DNA of 64,000 nucleotides from NCBI GenBank assembly GCA_005893275.1, contig VBOW01000020.1:23870-87869 (forward strand), read 5' to 3'. Below the pieces are notes generated by a model. That model ran no database searches, was not told the origin of the DNA, and worked only from the letters and a program-made list of their open reading frames with translations. The position numbers and the translations under genes were made by a program. This DNA comes from Candidatus Eiseniibacteriota bacterium (GTDB lineage: Bacteria; Eisenbacteria; RBG-16-71-46; SZUA-252). Shown one piece after another: positions 1 through 9,560 of the stretch; within the stretch, counting starts at the first letter, position 1; every line of letters begins with the position of its first letter.

Positions 1-638
1 CCGCCCTCGTGCTGGCGGTCTCGGCCGGCTACCTGCTCGCGGGAGGGATGGAGGAGATGACCCGCCTCCTCGCCGCCCGGATCGACGAGCTCAGGCGCAT
101 GGAAACCGAGCATCGCCTCTCGCAGACGCTCGGGATTTCGGCGAGCGAGTTCAACCGGGCGCTCGAGCAGACGGGACGTCTCTGGGCGCTCCTGCTTCCG
201 TCCCTGTTCGCGCTCAAGTGGATCATCGTGATCGCCATCAATTGCTGGCTGGCCTCGGTTCTCTTTCAGGAGGAGGAGGGAGGATTCCCCGCCTTTTCGG
301 ATTTCTCGGTTTGGCGGGTTCATCCGGTGGGCGCGTGGGTTCTCGCGCTATCGCTCCTCCTGATGGTGACGCGGTGGAAGCCGGCGTTCGAGGCGGGGGT
401 GAATTTGGCGTTTCCGCTCGCGCTCGCCTACATCGTGCAAGGCTTCGCGGTCGCCCGGTACGTCGCCCAGGCGCTCCACATCCGGGGCCTCGTTCAGGCG
501 GCCGTGCTGGTCCTGCTGGTGCTCATGCCGATCCTCATCACCACCCTGTTGGCTGTGGGATTGCTGGATGTTTGGTACGACTTTCGCCTTAGGGCCACAC
601 CCACTCCGGGCGCGCCGCTCGGGGGTGGGCGAGACTAG
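1..638 (+). CDS. Polytopic membrane protein, 5' end truncated by the window edge; possibly DUF2232/YybS-like (a family often linked to rplI)
   Basis: The reading frame is open from the window start (GTG at 9 is in frame). Several hydrophobic helices. It lies immediately upstream of rplI, as yybS does in Firmicutes. Confidence 0.5.
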   Translation, partial: ALVLAVSAGYLLAGGMEEMTRLLAARIDELRRMETEHRLSQTLGISASEFNRALEQTGRLWALLLPSLFALKWIIVIAINCWLASVLFQEEEGGFPAFSDFSVWRVHPVGAWVLALSLLLMVTRWKPAFEAGVNLAFPLALAYIVQGFAVARYVAQALHIRGLVQAAVLVLLVLMPILITTLLAVGLLDVWYDFRLRATPTPGAPLGGGRD

Positions 639-647
639 GAGGAGCTG

Positions 648-1091
648 ATGGAGGTCATTCTGCTGGAGGATATCGGAGGGCTGGGAAAGCGCGGAAGTGC
701 CATCCGCGTTGCGGACGGATACGCCCGCAATTTCCTCATCCCGCGCAAGAAGGCGATCGAGGCGGTCGGGAACGCCCGCGCCGTGTTCAAGGATCGCGAG
801 CGGGCGCGGGTGGCCCTCGAGGCGAAGCAGCGGCAGGCGGCCGAGCGGCTCCGTGACGAGCTGGCGCAGATCTCGCTCCAGTTCAGCGTCGAGGCGGGAG
901 AGGACGACCAGTTGTACGGCTCCGTGAGCGCTCACGAAGTCCAGGACGCCCTCGCCGCGAAGGGCTACACGATCGAACGCAAGAACGTGCGCCTGCCGGA
1001 ACCGATCAAATCGCTCGGAGTATTCGAGATCGTCGTCCACCTCTACGAAGACATCGAGGCCCCGGTCAAAGTCTGGGTCGTGCGCAAATGA
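648..1091 (+). CDS. rplI: 50S ribosomal protein L9
   Basis: The N-terminus MEVILLEDIGGLGKRGSAIRVADGYARNFLIPRKKAIEA is the canonical L9 signature. 147 aa. Confidence 0.92.
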   Translation: MEVILLEDIGGLGKRGSAIRVADGYARNFLIPRKKAIEAVGNARAVFKDRERARVALEAKQRQAAERLRDELAQISLQFSVEAGEDDQLYGSVSAHEVQDALAAKGYTIERKNVRLPEPIKSLGVFEIVVHLYEDIEAPVKVWVVRK

Positions 1092-2404
1092 GAGGACGGT
1101 TCGCCAATTCCATGATTCACAAACGCTCGCTTTATCTCATTCTCGCCGGGGTGTCGGTCGCGCTCGGTCTCTGCGGCTGCGCCGGGACCTCTTCGGAAGC
1201 CAAGAAGGCCGCCTCCCGGGCGGCGCAAGTCTGGAAACCCTCCGGACCGAGCGCTTCGGGCCCAACCCTGGCCATCGTGGGAGGCCGGCGGATCACCATG
1301 CGCGACGTCGACTCGGTTCTCGCCACCGCCCCGCCGGCGATCCGGGAGGAATATTCAGATCCCGCCGAGTTCAAGACGCTGGTCGAGCGGATCGCGCAGC
1401 AGTGGGCGCTCTATCTCGAGGCCGAGAAAACAGGCATTGAGGACGATCCCGCCTACCGCCGGGAGCTCGCCACCGCGCAACGGCAGATGCTCATCAAATA
1501 CTACTATCAGAAGGCAATGCGCTCGCTTCCCGCCATTCCGGATTCGGCGATGCAGCGCTTTTATGAACAGCACCCCGACGAATTCAAGGTTTCGGGGCGC
1601 GCGCGCGTGCGGCACATTCAGGCCCCGACCCTTGCGAAAGCCCGCGAGGTCGTGAAACGGCTCCGATCGGGCTCGACCTGGGAAGAGGTCTGCACGAAGT
1701 ACTCCAACGACAAAGGGAGCGCAACGACAGGCGGGCTCCTCGGATACGTCACAACCGACAGCGATCTGGTGCCCGCCATCGGCAAGGCACCCGCCATCGT
1801 GGCCGCCGCGTTCAAGCTCAAGGAAGGGGAGACGAGCGAGCCGTTGAAGAGCGACCGCGGGTGGCACGTGATCCGCGCGGACCAGCAGTCCCCCGCCGGG
1901 CAGTTGCCGTTCAAGGACGTGACTCCGCGGATTCGGGCGAGCTTGGAAGGGGAACGCAACGACCTCTTCGAAAGCACCCTGATGGACTCCCTCAAGCGTC
2001 AGTACGGAATCGTTCTGTTCCCCGACTCCGTGCAGGCCGCGCTCAATCCGGCGCGTTCGCCTGCCGAGCTCTTCGCGCAGGCCCAGGCCGACGTTTCCCC
2101 CCGAGACCGGATCGAGCTTTTCGAGCGGCTCATCTCGAAGTTTCCCAACGACAAGTCGGCCGTGCAGGCTGCCTTCATGATCGGATTCACGTACGCCGAG
2201 GAGCTGAAGGACTATCCCGCAGCGCGCGCGGCGTTCGAGAAATTTCTGCGGGAGCATCCCGATTCGGATCTCGTGCCGTCCGCGAAATGGATGATCGAGA
2301 ACATGGGAAGCGGAACGCCTCCGCCTGGCGTGGGGTCGCCCTCGGGCGGCTCCCTCGAAGTGCTTCCCGCGCCCGGCGGCGATTCCAAGAACTCGAAGCC
2401 ATGA
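1088..2404 (+). CDS. Lipoprotein PpiC-type peptidyl-prolyl cis-trans isomerase (SurA/PrsA-like) with C-terminal TPR-like region
   Basis: Signal peptide with lipobox LGLCGCAG. Parvulin-like domain (GLLGYVTTDSDLVPAIG...GWHVIRADQ). Its 4-nt ATGA overlap with rplI and with the next gene suggests an operon. Confidence 0.75.
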   Translation: MRGRFANSMIHKRSLYLILAGVSVALGLCGCAGTSSEAKKAASRAAQVWKPSGPSASGPTLAIVGGRRITMRDVDSVLATAPPAIREEYSDPAEFKTLVERIAQQWALYLEAEKTGIEDDPAYRRELATAQRQMLIKYYYQKAMRSLPAIPDSAMQRFYEQHPDEFKVSGRARVRHIQAPTLAKAREVVKRLRSGSTWEEVCTKYSNDKGSATTGGLLGYVTTDSDLVPAIGKAPAIVAAAFKLKEGETSEPLKSDRGWHVIRADQQSPAGQLPFKDVTPRIRASLEGERNDLFESTLMDSLKRQYGIVLFPDSVQAALNPARSPAELFAQAQADVSPRDRIELFERLISKFPNDKSAVQAAFMIGFTYAEELKDYPAARAAFEKFLREHPDSDLVPSAKWMIENMGSGTPPPGVGSPSGGSLEVLPAPGGDSKNSKP

Positions 2405-2916
2405 GCATGATCCCGGTCCGCGTGGGCGGCCTCGCGATTGATGAGCGCACCAAGAGCCCGGTGGTCCTCTTGCAGGAGATCGAGGGCAACCGGGTGCTTC
2501 CCATCTGGATCGGCCCCATGGAAGCGAGCGCCATTCACATGGAGCTTCTCGGCAAGAAATACCAGCGTCCCCTCACGCACGATCTCATGATCAACATTCT
2601 CGAGGGATTGAACGCCAAGGTATCGCGCGTGGTCATCACCGACCTCAAGGACAGCACGTTTTTCGCCAACATCTATGTCGACGGCGGCACGGGTGCCGTC
2701 GCGGTCGACGCCCGTCCAAGCGACTCCATCGCGATCGCGCTGCGATCGCGGGCGCCCATTTTCATCATGGACAAGCTCTTCGAGAAATCGGTCGCGGAGA
2801 ACATCGCCCCGCCCAAGACCGAGAGGACGGCCGAGGAGAAAGCCGAGGAGCTGAGGAAGTATCTCGAGGGGCTCAATCCGGAAGATTTCGGCAAATTCAA
2901 TCCCGAGGAGCTATAG
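2401..2916 (+). CDS. Bifunctional nuclease (BFN/DUF151) domain protein
   Basis: MSMIPVRVGGLAIDERTKSPVVLLQEIEGNRVLPIWIGPMEASAI...ARPSDSIAIALR matches the BFN domain. The ATG at 2401 is in frame within the longer track ORF, whose upstream part is overlap with the previous gene. Confidence 0.7.
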   Translation: MSMIPVRVGGLAIDERTKSPVVLLQEIEGNRVLPIWIGPMEASAIHMELLGKKYQRPLTHDLMINILEGLNAKVSRVVITDLKDSTFFANIYVDGGTGAVAVDARPSDSIAIALRSRAPIFIMDKLFEKSVAENIAPPKTERTAEEKAEELRKYLEGLNPEDFGKFNPEEL

Positions 2917-2926
2917 GCTCCCGGGC

Positions 2927-3463
2927 GTGGTCACCCGACCTCTCATCGCGGCCTTTCGGGGAATCTCGCCCAGGATTCCGGCGTCCGCATTCATCGCGCC
3001 CACCGCAACCGTGGTGGGCGACGTCGTTTTGGGGGAGGAGGCGAGCCTCTGGTACGGCGCGGTCGTCCGCGGGGACGTGGGAGCGATCCGAATCGGCTCG
3101 AGGAGCAACATTCAGGATGGATGCGTCCTGCACGTCACGGGCGGGGGCCAACCGCTTGTCGTGGGCGCGGAGGTGACGGTGGGGCATCGGGCGATCCTGC
3201 ATGGGGCGACCGTCGAGGATCGCTGTCTGATCGGTATGGGCTCCGTGCTGCTGGACGGCTGTGTGATCGGAGAGGAATCTCTGGTGGCCGCAGGCAGCAT
3301 CGTGCTCGAGGGCACCCGGGTCCCGCCCCGCTCCTTCGTCGCGGGGGTCCCCGCCCGGATCAAAGGACCCATTCCCGATGCCGTGCACGCGCGTCTCCGG
3401 GAATCCGCGGAAGGCTACGTCCGTCTCGCGCGCGAACACGCCGGGGTGCGCGATGCGGGCTGA
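2927..3463 (+). CDS. Gamma-carbonic anhydrase family / hexapeptide-repeat (PaaY/YrdA-like) protein
   Basis: SAFIAPTATVVGDVVLGEEASLWYGAVVRGDVGAIRIGSRSNIQDGCVLHV shows a left-handed beta-helix hexapeptide repeat and conserved His. Confidence 0.8.
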   Translation: MVTRPLIAAFRGISPRIPASAFIAPTATVVGDVVLGEEASLWYGAVVRGDVGAIRIGSRSNIQDGCVLHVTGGGQPLVVGAEVTVGHRAILHGATVEDRCLIGMGSVLLDGCVIGEESLVAAGSIVLEGTRVPPRSFVAGVPARIKGPIPDAVHARLRESAEGYVRLAREHAGVRDAG

Positions 3464-4874
3464 GGGCCGCTCGGCGGCCGGCGCTCTCCTCGGGCTGGGG
3501 TTCTGCCTGGCGCTCGCGGTCGCTCTGCCCATCCGCCCCGCCGGGAGCGAAACGGCCGAGAAACGCTACCCCTCGAGCAAGGCGGCGGAATTGAAAGCCC
3601 GGCTGCTCGACCGCCCCGCCGCGGCCGAAGCGCCGTCCTGGGCGGCGCAGTACGTGGTCCAACCCGAAATCGACCGGCTCGACCCGGTCGCGCGGGCCGC
3701 GGAGCGAATCTGGGCCGCGCGGGTCGGTCTCGCCGCTGGGGCGCGGGGCGCCGAGCAGAAAAAGCTGCGCCAGATCCTGGCCTCCATGGAGGAGTGCCCA
3801 CTCGACTCCCTCGCGCTCCGGCGGGCGGCCAGCGGCTTGGTCCGGATCGGTGTGGTGATCCCGCTCACGGGCCGTTTCGACCGCTACGGGAAGACGTTCG
3901 TCCAGGGCCTTCGGCTCGCCATGGAGGAGCACAATCGCGAGTGGGCGCCCAACCTCGCTCTCATCCTCCACGATTCCGAAGGAGACCCGCTCGTCGGTGC
4001 GCGCAAGGCGCGGTGGCTTCTTCGCGATCACGGCGTCTCGGTGATTATCGGGGAGCTGTTCAGCGCCAACACCGCTCCATTGGCGGCCGCGAGCCAAGTC
4101 GTGGGCGCGGTGCTGGTATCGCCATCGGCGACGAACGAACGGCTTGCGATCCTGGGGGACGCGGTTTTTCAGCTCCATCTTGGAAACGGGGTCCTGGCGC
4201 AGGCGCTGTCGCGGGCCCTCGCCAAGGATGCGCCGAAAAGCGCCGTGGGGCTCCTCGTCGCGGACACCCCTGAGGATTCCGCCAAAGCGGCGGCATTGCT
4301 CCCCTCGTGCAAGACCGCCGGCGTGGAGGTGGCGGGCACGGAGGTCATTGCGGAGAACGCGGTCGATCTGACCCGGGCGATCGCCTCGCTGCGCGAGAAG
4401 CACGCGGATGCGCTCGTTCTCCTGGTCCCGCCGCGTCTCGCCGGCATCGCCGCGGCGCAGCTCCCCACGGCCTGGCCCAAAGCGCGGGTCTTCGGACTCG
4501 ACGACCTGGACCCTGCGGGGCTCAACGCCGAGGCCCGGGCGGCGCTCGAGGGGGCGACGTATTTCGCGGCGGACTACGTGATGACCGGGGCACCGCAGGA
4601 CTCTTTCGAGACCCGATACAAGCACGCCTACGGTGAGCCGCCGACCCGGATGTCGGTCCGCGGGTACCTCGTCGGCCTCTCGGTCACCCGAGGCATCGAG
4701 CGTGGAAGCTTGAACGCCTCCATGTTGCGCGAGGCCCTCCGGGCGCAGCTCTACGATAGCGACGAGGGCCGCGCGCTTCGTGCCCTTCGCCCGCTGGTCC
4801 CCGCCGAGCCGGAGCGGTTCGTCATACGGGCAGGTAAGGCGACACAGGTGAGTCAGAATCCGCTATCCCCTTGA
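3453..4874 (+). CDS. Periplasmic binding protein type-1 (Leu/Ile/Val-binding-like) substrate-binding protein with ~130-aa N-terminal extension
   Basis: Signal-peptide-like MRAEGRSAAGALLGLGFCLALAVA. PBP1 fold starts at LVRIGVVIPLTGRFDRYGKTFVQGLRLAMEEHN. ATG at 3453 overlaps the upstream stop. Confidence 0.6.
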   Translation: MRAEGRSAAGALLGLGFCLALAVALPIRPAGSETAEKRYPSSKAAELKARLLDRPAAAEAPSWAAQYVVQPEIDRLDPVARAAERIWAARVGLAAGARGAEQKKLRQILASMEECPLDSLALRRAASGLVRIGVVIPLTGRFDRYGKTFVQGLRLAMEEHNREWAPNLALILHDSEGDPLVGARKARWLLRDHGVSVIIGELFSANTAPLAAASQVVGAVLVSPSATNERLAILGDAVFQLHLGNGVLAQALSRALAKDAPKSAVGLLVADTPEDSAKAAALLPSCKTAGVEVAGTEVIAENAVDLTRAIASLREKHADALVLLVPPRLAGIAAAQLPTAWPKARVFGLDDLDPAGLNAEARAALEGATYFAADYVMTGAPQDSFETRYKHAYGEPPTRMSVRGYLVGLSVTRGIERGSLNASMLREALRAQLYDSDEGRALRALRPLVPAEPERFVIRAGKATQVSQNPLSP

Positions 4875-4963
4875 AAGGCTCGGCCGGCTTGGGCTAGGGT
4901 GGCGCCCGGTCTGGGAATGGAAAATTCCTTTGGACTCAAACACTTACGCCATGGAGGGTCACC

Positions 4964-6157
4964 ATGATCCGGATCCCTAGGGTCCTACCCCTTTTCGCCC
5001 TCGCGCTGCTTCCCCTGGCGACGCTCCAGGGCTGTGCCAAGCGCGAAGGGGAAATCAAGGTCGGGGAATACGGCTCGCTTACCGGCAGCACCGCCACGTT
5101 TGGGATCTCCTCGAAGAACGGGATCGAGCTCTTCGTGGACAACCTGAACGCGCAGGGGGGCATTGCCGGGAAGAAAGTCCACGTGCTCGTGGAGGACGAC
5201 CAGAGCAAACCCGAAGAGGCGGCGACCGCGGTGAACAAGCTCATCGCGCAGGACGGGGTCGTCTCGGTCCTGGGTGAGGTGGCGAGCAGCCGGAGTCTCG
5301 CGGCGGCTCCGATCTGCCAAAGCGCCGGGGTTCCGATGATCAGCCCTTCCTCCACGAATCCCCGCGTGACCGAGATCGGCGATCATATCTTCCGGGTCTG
5401 CTACATCGATCCGTTTCAGGGCATGGTGATCGCGAAATTCGCCAAGAACACGCTCCATTTCTCCAAGGCCGCGATTTTCCGGGACAACAAGAACGACTAC
5501 AGCGTCGGCCTCGCGAATTTCTTCTCCGACGCCTTCCGCGGTATGGGCGGAACGATCGTGTCGGACGAGTCCTACAGCGAGGGGGATCAGGATTTCAAGG
5601 CGCAGCTCACCGTGATCAAGAGCAAGAAGCCCGAGTTCATCTTCATCCCCGGCTACTACACCGAAGTCGGCTTGATCGCGCGACAGGCGCGCGAGCTCGG
5701 GCTCAAGGTTCCGATGCTCGGCGGGGACGGCTGGGTCTCGGACCGGCTGCTGGAGATCGCTCAGGACGCGCTGAACGGCTCCTACCTCGTCAATCACTAC
5801 TGGGAGCAGGACCCCAATCCCCTCGTCCAGGGATTCGTCCAGAGCTATCGCAAGCGATACAACGCCACCCCGGACGGGCTCGCCGCCTTGGCGTACGACG
5901 CCGCGGGCGTGCTGGCGAACGCGATGCAGCGGCTCTCGACGGAGAATCCCAAGGCGTTCGATACGCTGTCCGGCCCCCCGAATGCCGAGCAGAAGGCGGC
6001 CCGCGCCAAGCTGCGCGAGCTGATCGCCGCGACCCGCGATTACCCGGGGGTCACGGGGAAGATATCGCTCGACGAGCACCGAAACGCCGTGAAGCCGGCC
6101 GTCTTCCTCGGCATCGAGAACCGAGGCTACAAGTTCGTCGCCACGGTCGAGCCGTAG
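4964..6157 (+). CDS. livK: Branched-chain amino acid ABC transporter substrate-binding lipoprotein
   Basis: Lipoprotein signal (LATLQGCAKREG). EIKVGEYGSLTGSTATFGISSKNGIELFVDNLNAQGGIAGKKV is the classic LivJ/K family signature. Confidence 0.85.
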   Translation: MIRIPRVLPLFALALLPLATLQGCAKREGEIKVGEYGSLTGSTATFGISSKNGIELFVDNLNAQGGIAGKKVHVLVEDDQSKPEEAATAVNKLIAQDGVVSVLGEVASSRSLAAAPICQSAGVPMISPSSTNPRVTEIGDHIFRVCYIDPFQGMVIAKFAKNTLHFSKAAIFRDNKNDYSVGLANFFSDAFRGMGGTIVSDESYSEGDQDFKAQLTVIKSKKPEFIFIPGYYTEVGLIARQARELGLKVPMLGGDGWVSDRLLEIAQDALNGSYLVNHYWEQDPNPLVQGFVQSYRKRYNATPDGLAALAYDAAGVLANAMQRLSTENPKAFDTLSGPPNAEQKAARAKLRELIAATRDYPGVTGKISLDEHRNAVKPAVFLGIENRGYKFVATVEP

Positions 6158-6185
6158 GCGCGGCCCCAAGGTCCCCGGTCACCCG

Positions 6186-7094
6186 GTGCAGGAGTTTTTT
6201 CAGCAGCTTGCGAACGGCGTCGCCTGGGGAAGCATCTATGCTCTGATCGCGCTCGGGTACACCATGGTCTACGGGATCCTGCGCCTCATCAACTTTGCGC
6301 ACGGCGACGTGTACATGGTGGGGGCGTTCGCGGCCTATTTCCTGGCCCGCGCGCTGGGCGTCGGGACCGTCGTGAGCGCCTCGCCGCTCGTCGCCGCCGC
6401 GGTCCTCCTGGGTTCGATGGCGGCCTGCGCGGGGCTCGGGGTCCTGATCGAGCTCTTCGCCTACCGCCCGGTCCGCCGGTCTTCCAGGCTCACGGCCCTC
6501 ATCACGGCCATCGGGGTCTCGCTCTTCCTCGAGAACGCCGGCATCCGTTTCTTCGGCGCCGATCCGAAGTTCTTCCCGCAAGTGATCGCTCCCCGCACCA
6601 TCGCCCTCGCGGAGGGTGTCATCGTGACCAACCATCAGATCATGGTGGTTCTGGTCTCGGTGCTTCTCATGGTGGCGCTCACGCTCTTCATCCAGCGGAC
6701 CCGCACCGGGAAGGCCATGCGGGCCGTCTCCTTCAACCGGGATGCCGCGAGCCTCATGGGCATCCCGGTCGATCGAATCATCACCATCACCTTCGCCATC
6801 GGTTCGGCGCTGGCCGCGGCGGCGGGATTCCTGGTGGGGCTCACGAACCCCAAGATCGAGCCTTTGATGGGCATCATGCCCGGCGTGAAGGCGTTCGTCG
6901 CGGCGGTGCTCGGCGGAATCGGGAGCATTCCCGGGGCCATGATCGGCGGGCTGGTGATGGGGATCTCCGAGTATCTGGTGGTGGGCTACCTCTCCTCCAG
7001 CTACCGCGACGCGATCGCTTTCGTGATCCTGATCATCGTGCTCTTGATCAAGCCGACCGGCCTCCTGGGTCGGAACGTGGCGGAGAAGGTGTGA
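6186..7094 (+). CDS. livH: Branched-chain amino acid ABC transporter permease
   Basis: IYALIALGYTMVYGILRLINFAHGDVYMVGAF is the LivH signature. Multi-TM. Confidence 0.9.
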   Translation: MQEFFQQLANGVAWGSIYALIALGYTMVYGILRLINFAHGDVYMVGAFAAYFLARALGVGTVVSASPLVAAAVLLGSMAACAGLGVLIELFAYRPVRRSSRLTALITAIGVSLFLENAGIRFFGADPKFFPQVIAPRTIALAEGVIVTNHQIMVVLVSVLLMVALTLFIQRTRTGKAMRAVSFNRDAASLMGIPVDRIITITFAIGSALAAAAGFLVGLTNPKIEPLMGIMPGVKAFVAAVLGGIGSIPGAMIGGLVMGISEYLVVGYLSSSYRDAIAFVILIIVLLIKPTGLLGRNVAEKV

Positions 7095-8080
7095 GCCCGG
7101 CGCGCGGGTTGATCGGGACGGTCGCGGCGATCGCTCTCGTCTGGGGGATCGACTGGGTCGGCTCCCGGGTGCTGAATCCGTACATCTACCGGGTCCTCGT
7201 TCTCTGCTCGATCAACGTCATCCTGGCGCTGAGCCTGAATCTCGTGAACGGGATCACGGGGCAATTTTCGATCGGCCACGCGGGATTCATGGCGGTGGGC
7301 GCCTACGCCTCGGCTGCGTACACCGTGTACGCCGTTCCCCTGATGCTCGGGGCCCAGGGCTCGGCGGGCGGTTGGGTGACCGCGGCGGCGTTTCTTCTCG
7401 CGATCCTCGTCGGCGGGCTCGCGTCGGCGGTGGCGGGCTTCCTGGTCGGGCTCCCTTCGATGAGGCTTCGGGGGGATTATCTCGCGATCGTGACGCTCGG
7501 GTTCGGCGAGATCATCCGCGTGGTGATCCTGAATATCGACGCCGTGGGGGGCGCGCGAGGCTTCGCGGGCGTTCCGCAGCGCACGAGCCTCGCCTGGGTG
7601 CTCGGGGGCGCCTGGCTCACGTTCGCGCTGATCCGGAATCTCATGAGGTCCTATCACGGACGCGCCCTCCTCGCGATCCGCGAGGACGAGATCGCCGCGG
7701 AGGCCCTCGGCGTGCCCACGACGCGGTACAAGATCACCGCGTTCGTGATCGGGGCCTTCTTCGCGGGGATGGCGGGGGCGCTCTTCTCCCACTACACCTA
7801 CCTCCATACGAACAGCTTCACGTTCATGAAATCGATCGAGGTCATCATCATGGTCGTCCTGGGCGGGATGGGGAGTCTGACCGGATCGATTCTGGGGGCG
7901 ATCCTCCTGACCGCGCTCCCGGAGCTTCTTCGATTCGCGAGCGCCGAACGGCTCATCATCTACTCACTGCTTCTGATCCTGCTCATGATCGCACGTCCCC
8001 AGGGAATCCTGGGCCGCCGCGAAGTGTCCTTCCGGGCGTGGTTCCCGCGCCGCCGCTCGCGTCCGACCCCGGCGACATGA
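7091..8080 (+). CDS. livM: Branched-chain amino acid ABC transporter permease
   Basis: Second permease of the liv operon. Polytopic. 4-nt overlap with livH. Confidence 0.85.
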   Translation: MSPARGLIGTVAAIALVWGIDWVGSRVLNPYIYRVLVLCSINVILALSLNLVNGITGQFSIGHAGFMAVGAYASAAYTVYAVPLMLGAQGSAGGWVTAAAFLLAILVGGLASAVAGFLVGLPSMRLRGDYLAIVTLGFGEIIRVVILNIDAVGGARGFAGVPQRTSLAWVLGGAWLTFALIRNLMRSYHGRALLAIREDEIAAEALGVPTTRYKITAFVIGAFFAGMAGALFSHYTYLHTNSFTFMKSIEVIIMVVLGGMGSLTGSILGAILLTALPELLRFASAERLIIYSLLLILLMIARPQGILGRREVSFRAWFPRRRSRPTPAT

Positions 8081-8847
8081 GCGAGTCCCTCCTTTCGCTG
8101 CGCCGGCTCGGGGTCACGTTCGGAGGGCTCAAGGCCGTTTCGAACCTCGACTACGACCTTCCGCGCGGGATGCTGGGCGGATTGATCGGCCCGAACGGCG
8201 CGGGGAAAACCACGGTCTTCAACGTGATCACCGGCGTCTATCGGCCGACCGAGGGAACGATCCTTCTCGAGGGGAAACCGATCCAGGGGCGTCCGACCAA
8301 CGTGATCGCCCGGCGCGGAGTGGCGCGCACGTTCCAGAATCCGCGCCTCTTTTCGGATTTGACGTGCGTCGACAATGTACGCATCGCGTGCCACCTCCAT
8401 TGCGGCACGGCCCTCGCCGACAGCATGCTCGCCACCTCCCGGTCGGCGCTCGAAGAGAGGGACATCCTGAGACGATCGGAGGAGCTGCTCGACTCCTTCG
8501 GGCTCACCAAGTACCGGGACAGTGAGGCCCGAAGCCTTCCCTACGGGGAGCAGCGACGGCTCGAGATCGCCCGCACACTGGCGACCGAGCCGAAGCTGCT
8601 CCTGCTCGACGAGCCCGCCGCGGGGATGAACCCCCAGGAGACGGAAGCGCTGATGCGGCTGGTTCACGACGTCCGGGACCGGTACGGTCTCACGGTTCTC
8701 CTGATCGAGCACGACATGAAAGTGGTCATGGGAATTTGCGAGAAGATCGCGGTGCTGGACTATGGCGAGAAGATCGCAGAAGGAACTCCGGAGGAGATCC
8801 GCCGGAACCCGAAGGTGATCGAGGCGTACCTGGGGGAGGAGCCATGA
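8077..8847 (+). CDS. livG: Branched-chain amino acid ABC transporter ATP-binding protein
   Basis: Walker A GPNGAGKTT and ABC signature. ATG at 8077 overlaps the livM stop (ATGA). The longer track ORF 7372-8847 is an out-of-context 5' extension. Confidence 0.9.
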   Translation: MSESLLSLRRLGVTFGGLKAVSNLDYDLPRGMLGGLIGPNGAGKTTVFNVITGVYRPTEGTILLEGKPIQGRPTNVIARRGVARTFQNPRLFSDLTCVDNVRIACHLHCGTALADSMLATSRSALEERDILRRSEELLDSFGLTKYRDSEARSLPYGEQRRLEIARTLATEPKLLLLDEPAAGMNPQETEALMRLVHDVRDRYGLTVLLIEHDMKVVMGICEKIAVLDYGEKIAEGTPEEIRRNPKVIEAYLGEEP

Positions 8848-9560
8848 GCCTCCTCGAGCTGGAAGATCTTCACGTCCATTACGGGGCGATCCACGCCCTG
8901 AAGGGGATCTCGATCGCGGTCGAAGAGGGCGGGATCGTCACCCTGGTGGGCGCGAACGGCGCGGGGAAGAGCACGACCCTTCGGGCGATTTCGGGCCTCA
9001 TCAAGCCGAGCGGCGGCGTGATCCGCTTCCGGGGGAAATCGCTCGTGGGAGTGAAGCCCCACGAGATCGTCCGGGCGGGGGTGTCCCACGTCCCCGAAGG
9101 CCGCATCGTATTCGCGAATCTGACGGTGCTCGACAATCTCGAGCTGGGCGCGTATCTGCGGAGGGACCGCGCCGGCTTCCACGAGGACTTGAAGAAAGTC
9201 TTCCGCCTCTTTCCGAGGCTCGAGGAACGGCGCCGCCAGGCGGCGGGCACGTTGAGCGGCGGGGAGCAACAAATGCTGGCGATCGGCCGCGCCCTCATGG
9301 CGAAGCCCACGCTCCTCCTGATGGACGAGCCCTCGCTGGGCCTGGCGCCGATCCTCGTGCGTGAGATTTTCTCGGTGATCCGCGAGATCCGCGCCCACGG
9401 CACCACGATCGTTCTGGTCGAGCAAAACGCCCGCCTCGCGCTCGCGACGGCGGATCAGGGTTACGTGCTCGAGACAGGCTCGGTTCGAATGTCCGATCGC
9501 GCCCAGGCGCTCCTGGAAAGTCCGTTCGTCCAGGCGGCCTACCTGGGCGGACCGGGCTGA
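8844..9560 (+). CDS. livF: Branched-chain amino acid ABC transporter ATP-binding protein
   Basis: MSLLELEDLHVHYGAIHALKGISIAVEEGGIVTLVGANGAGKSTT. ATGA overlap with livG. Confidence 0.9.
   Translation: MSLLELEDLHVHYGAIHALKGISIAVEEGGIVTLVGANGAGKSTTLRAISGLIKPSGGVIRFRGKSLVGVKPHEIVRAGVSHVPEGRIVFANLTVLDNLELGAYLRRDRAGFHEDLKKVFRLFPRLEERRRQAAGTLSGGEQQMLAIGRALMAKPTLLLMDEPSLGLAPILVREIFSVIREIRAHGTTIVLVEQNARLALATADQGYVLETGSVRMSDRAQALLESPFVQAAYLGGPG

Noticed and set aside
7372-8076. 5' portion of the 491-aa track ORF that would fuse to livG
   Set aside because: It is out of frame with and inside livM. Its translation is R/G-rich nonsense, and livG starts at the ATG at 8077 in the conserved ATGA coupling.
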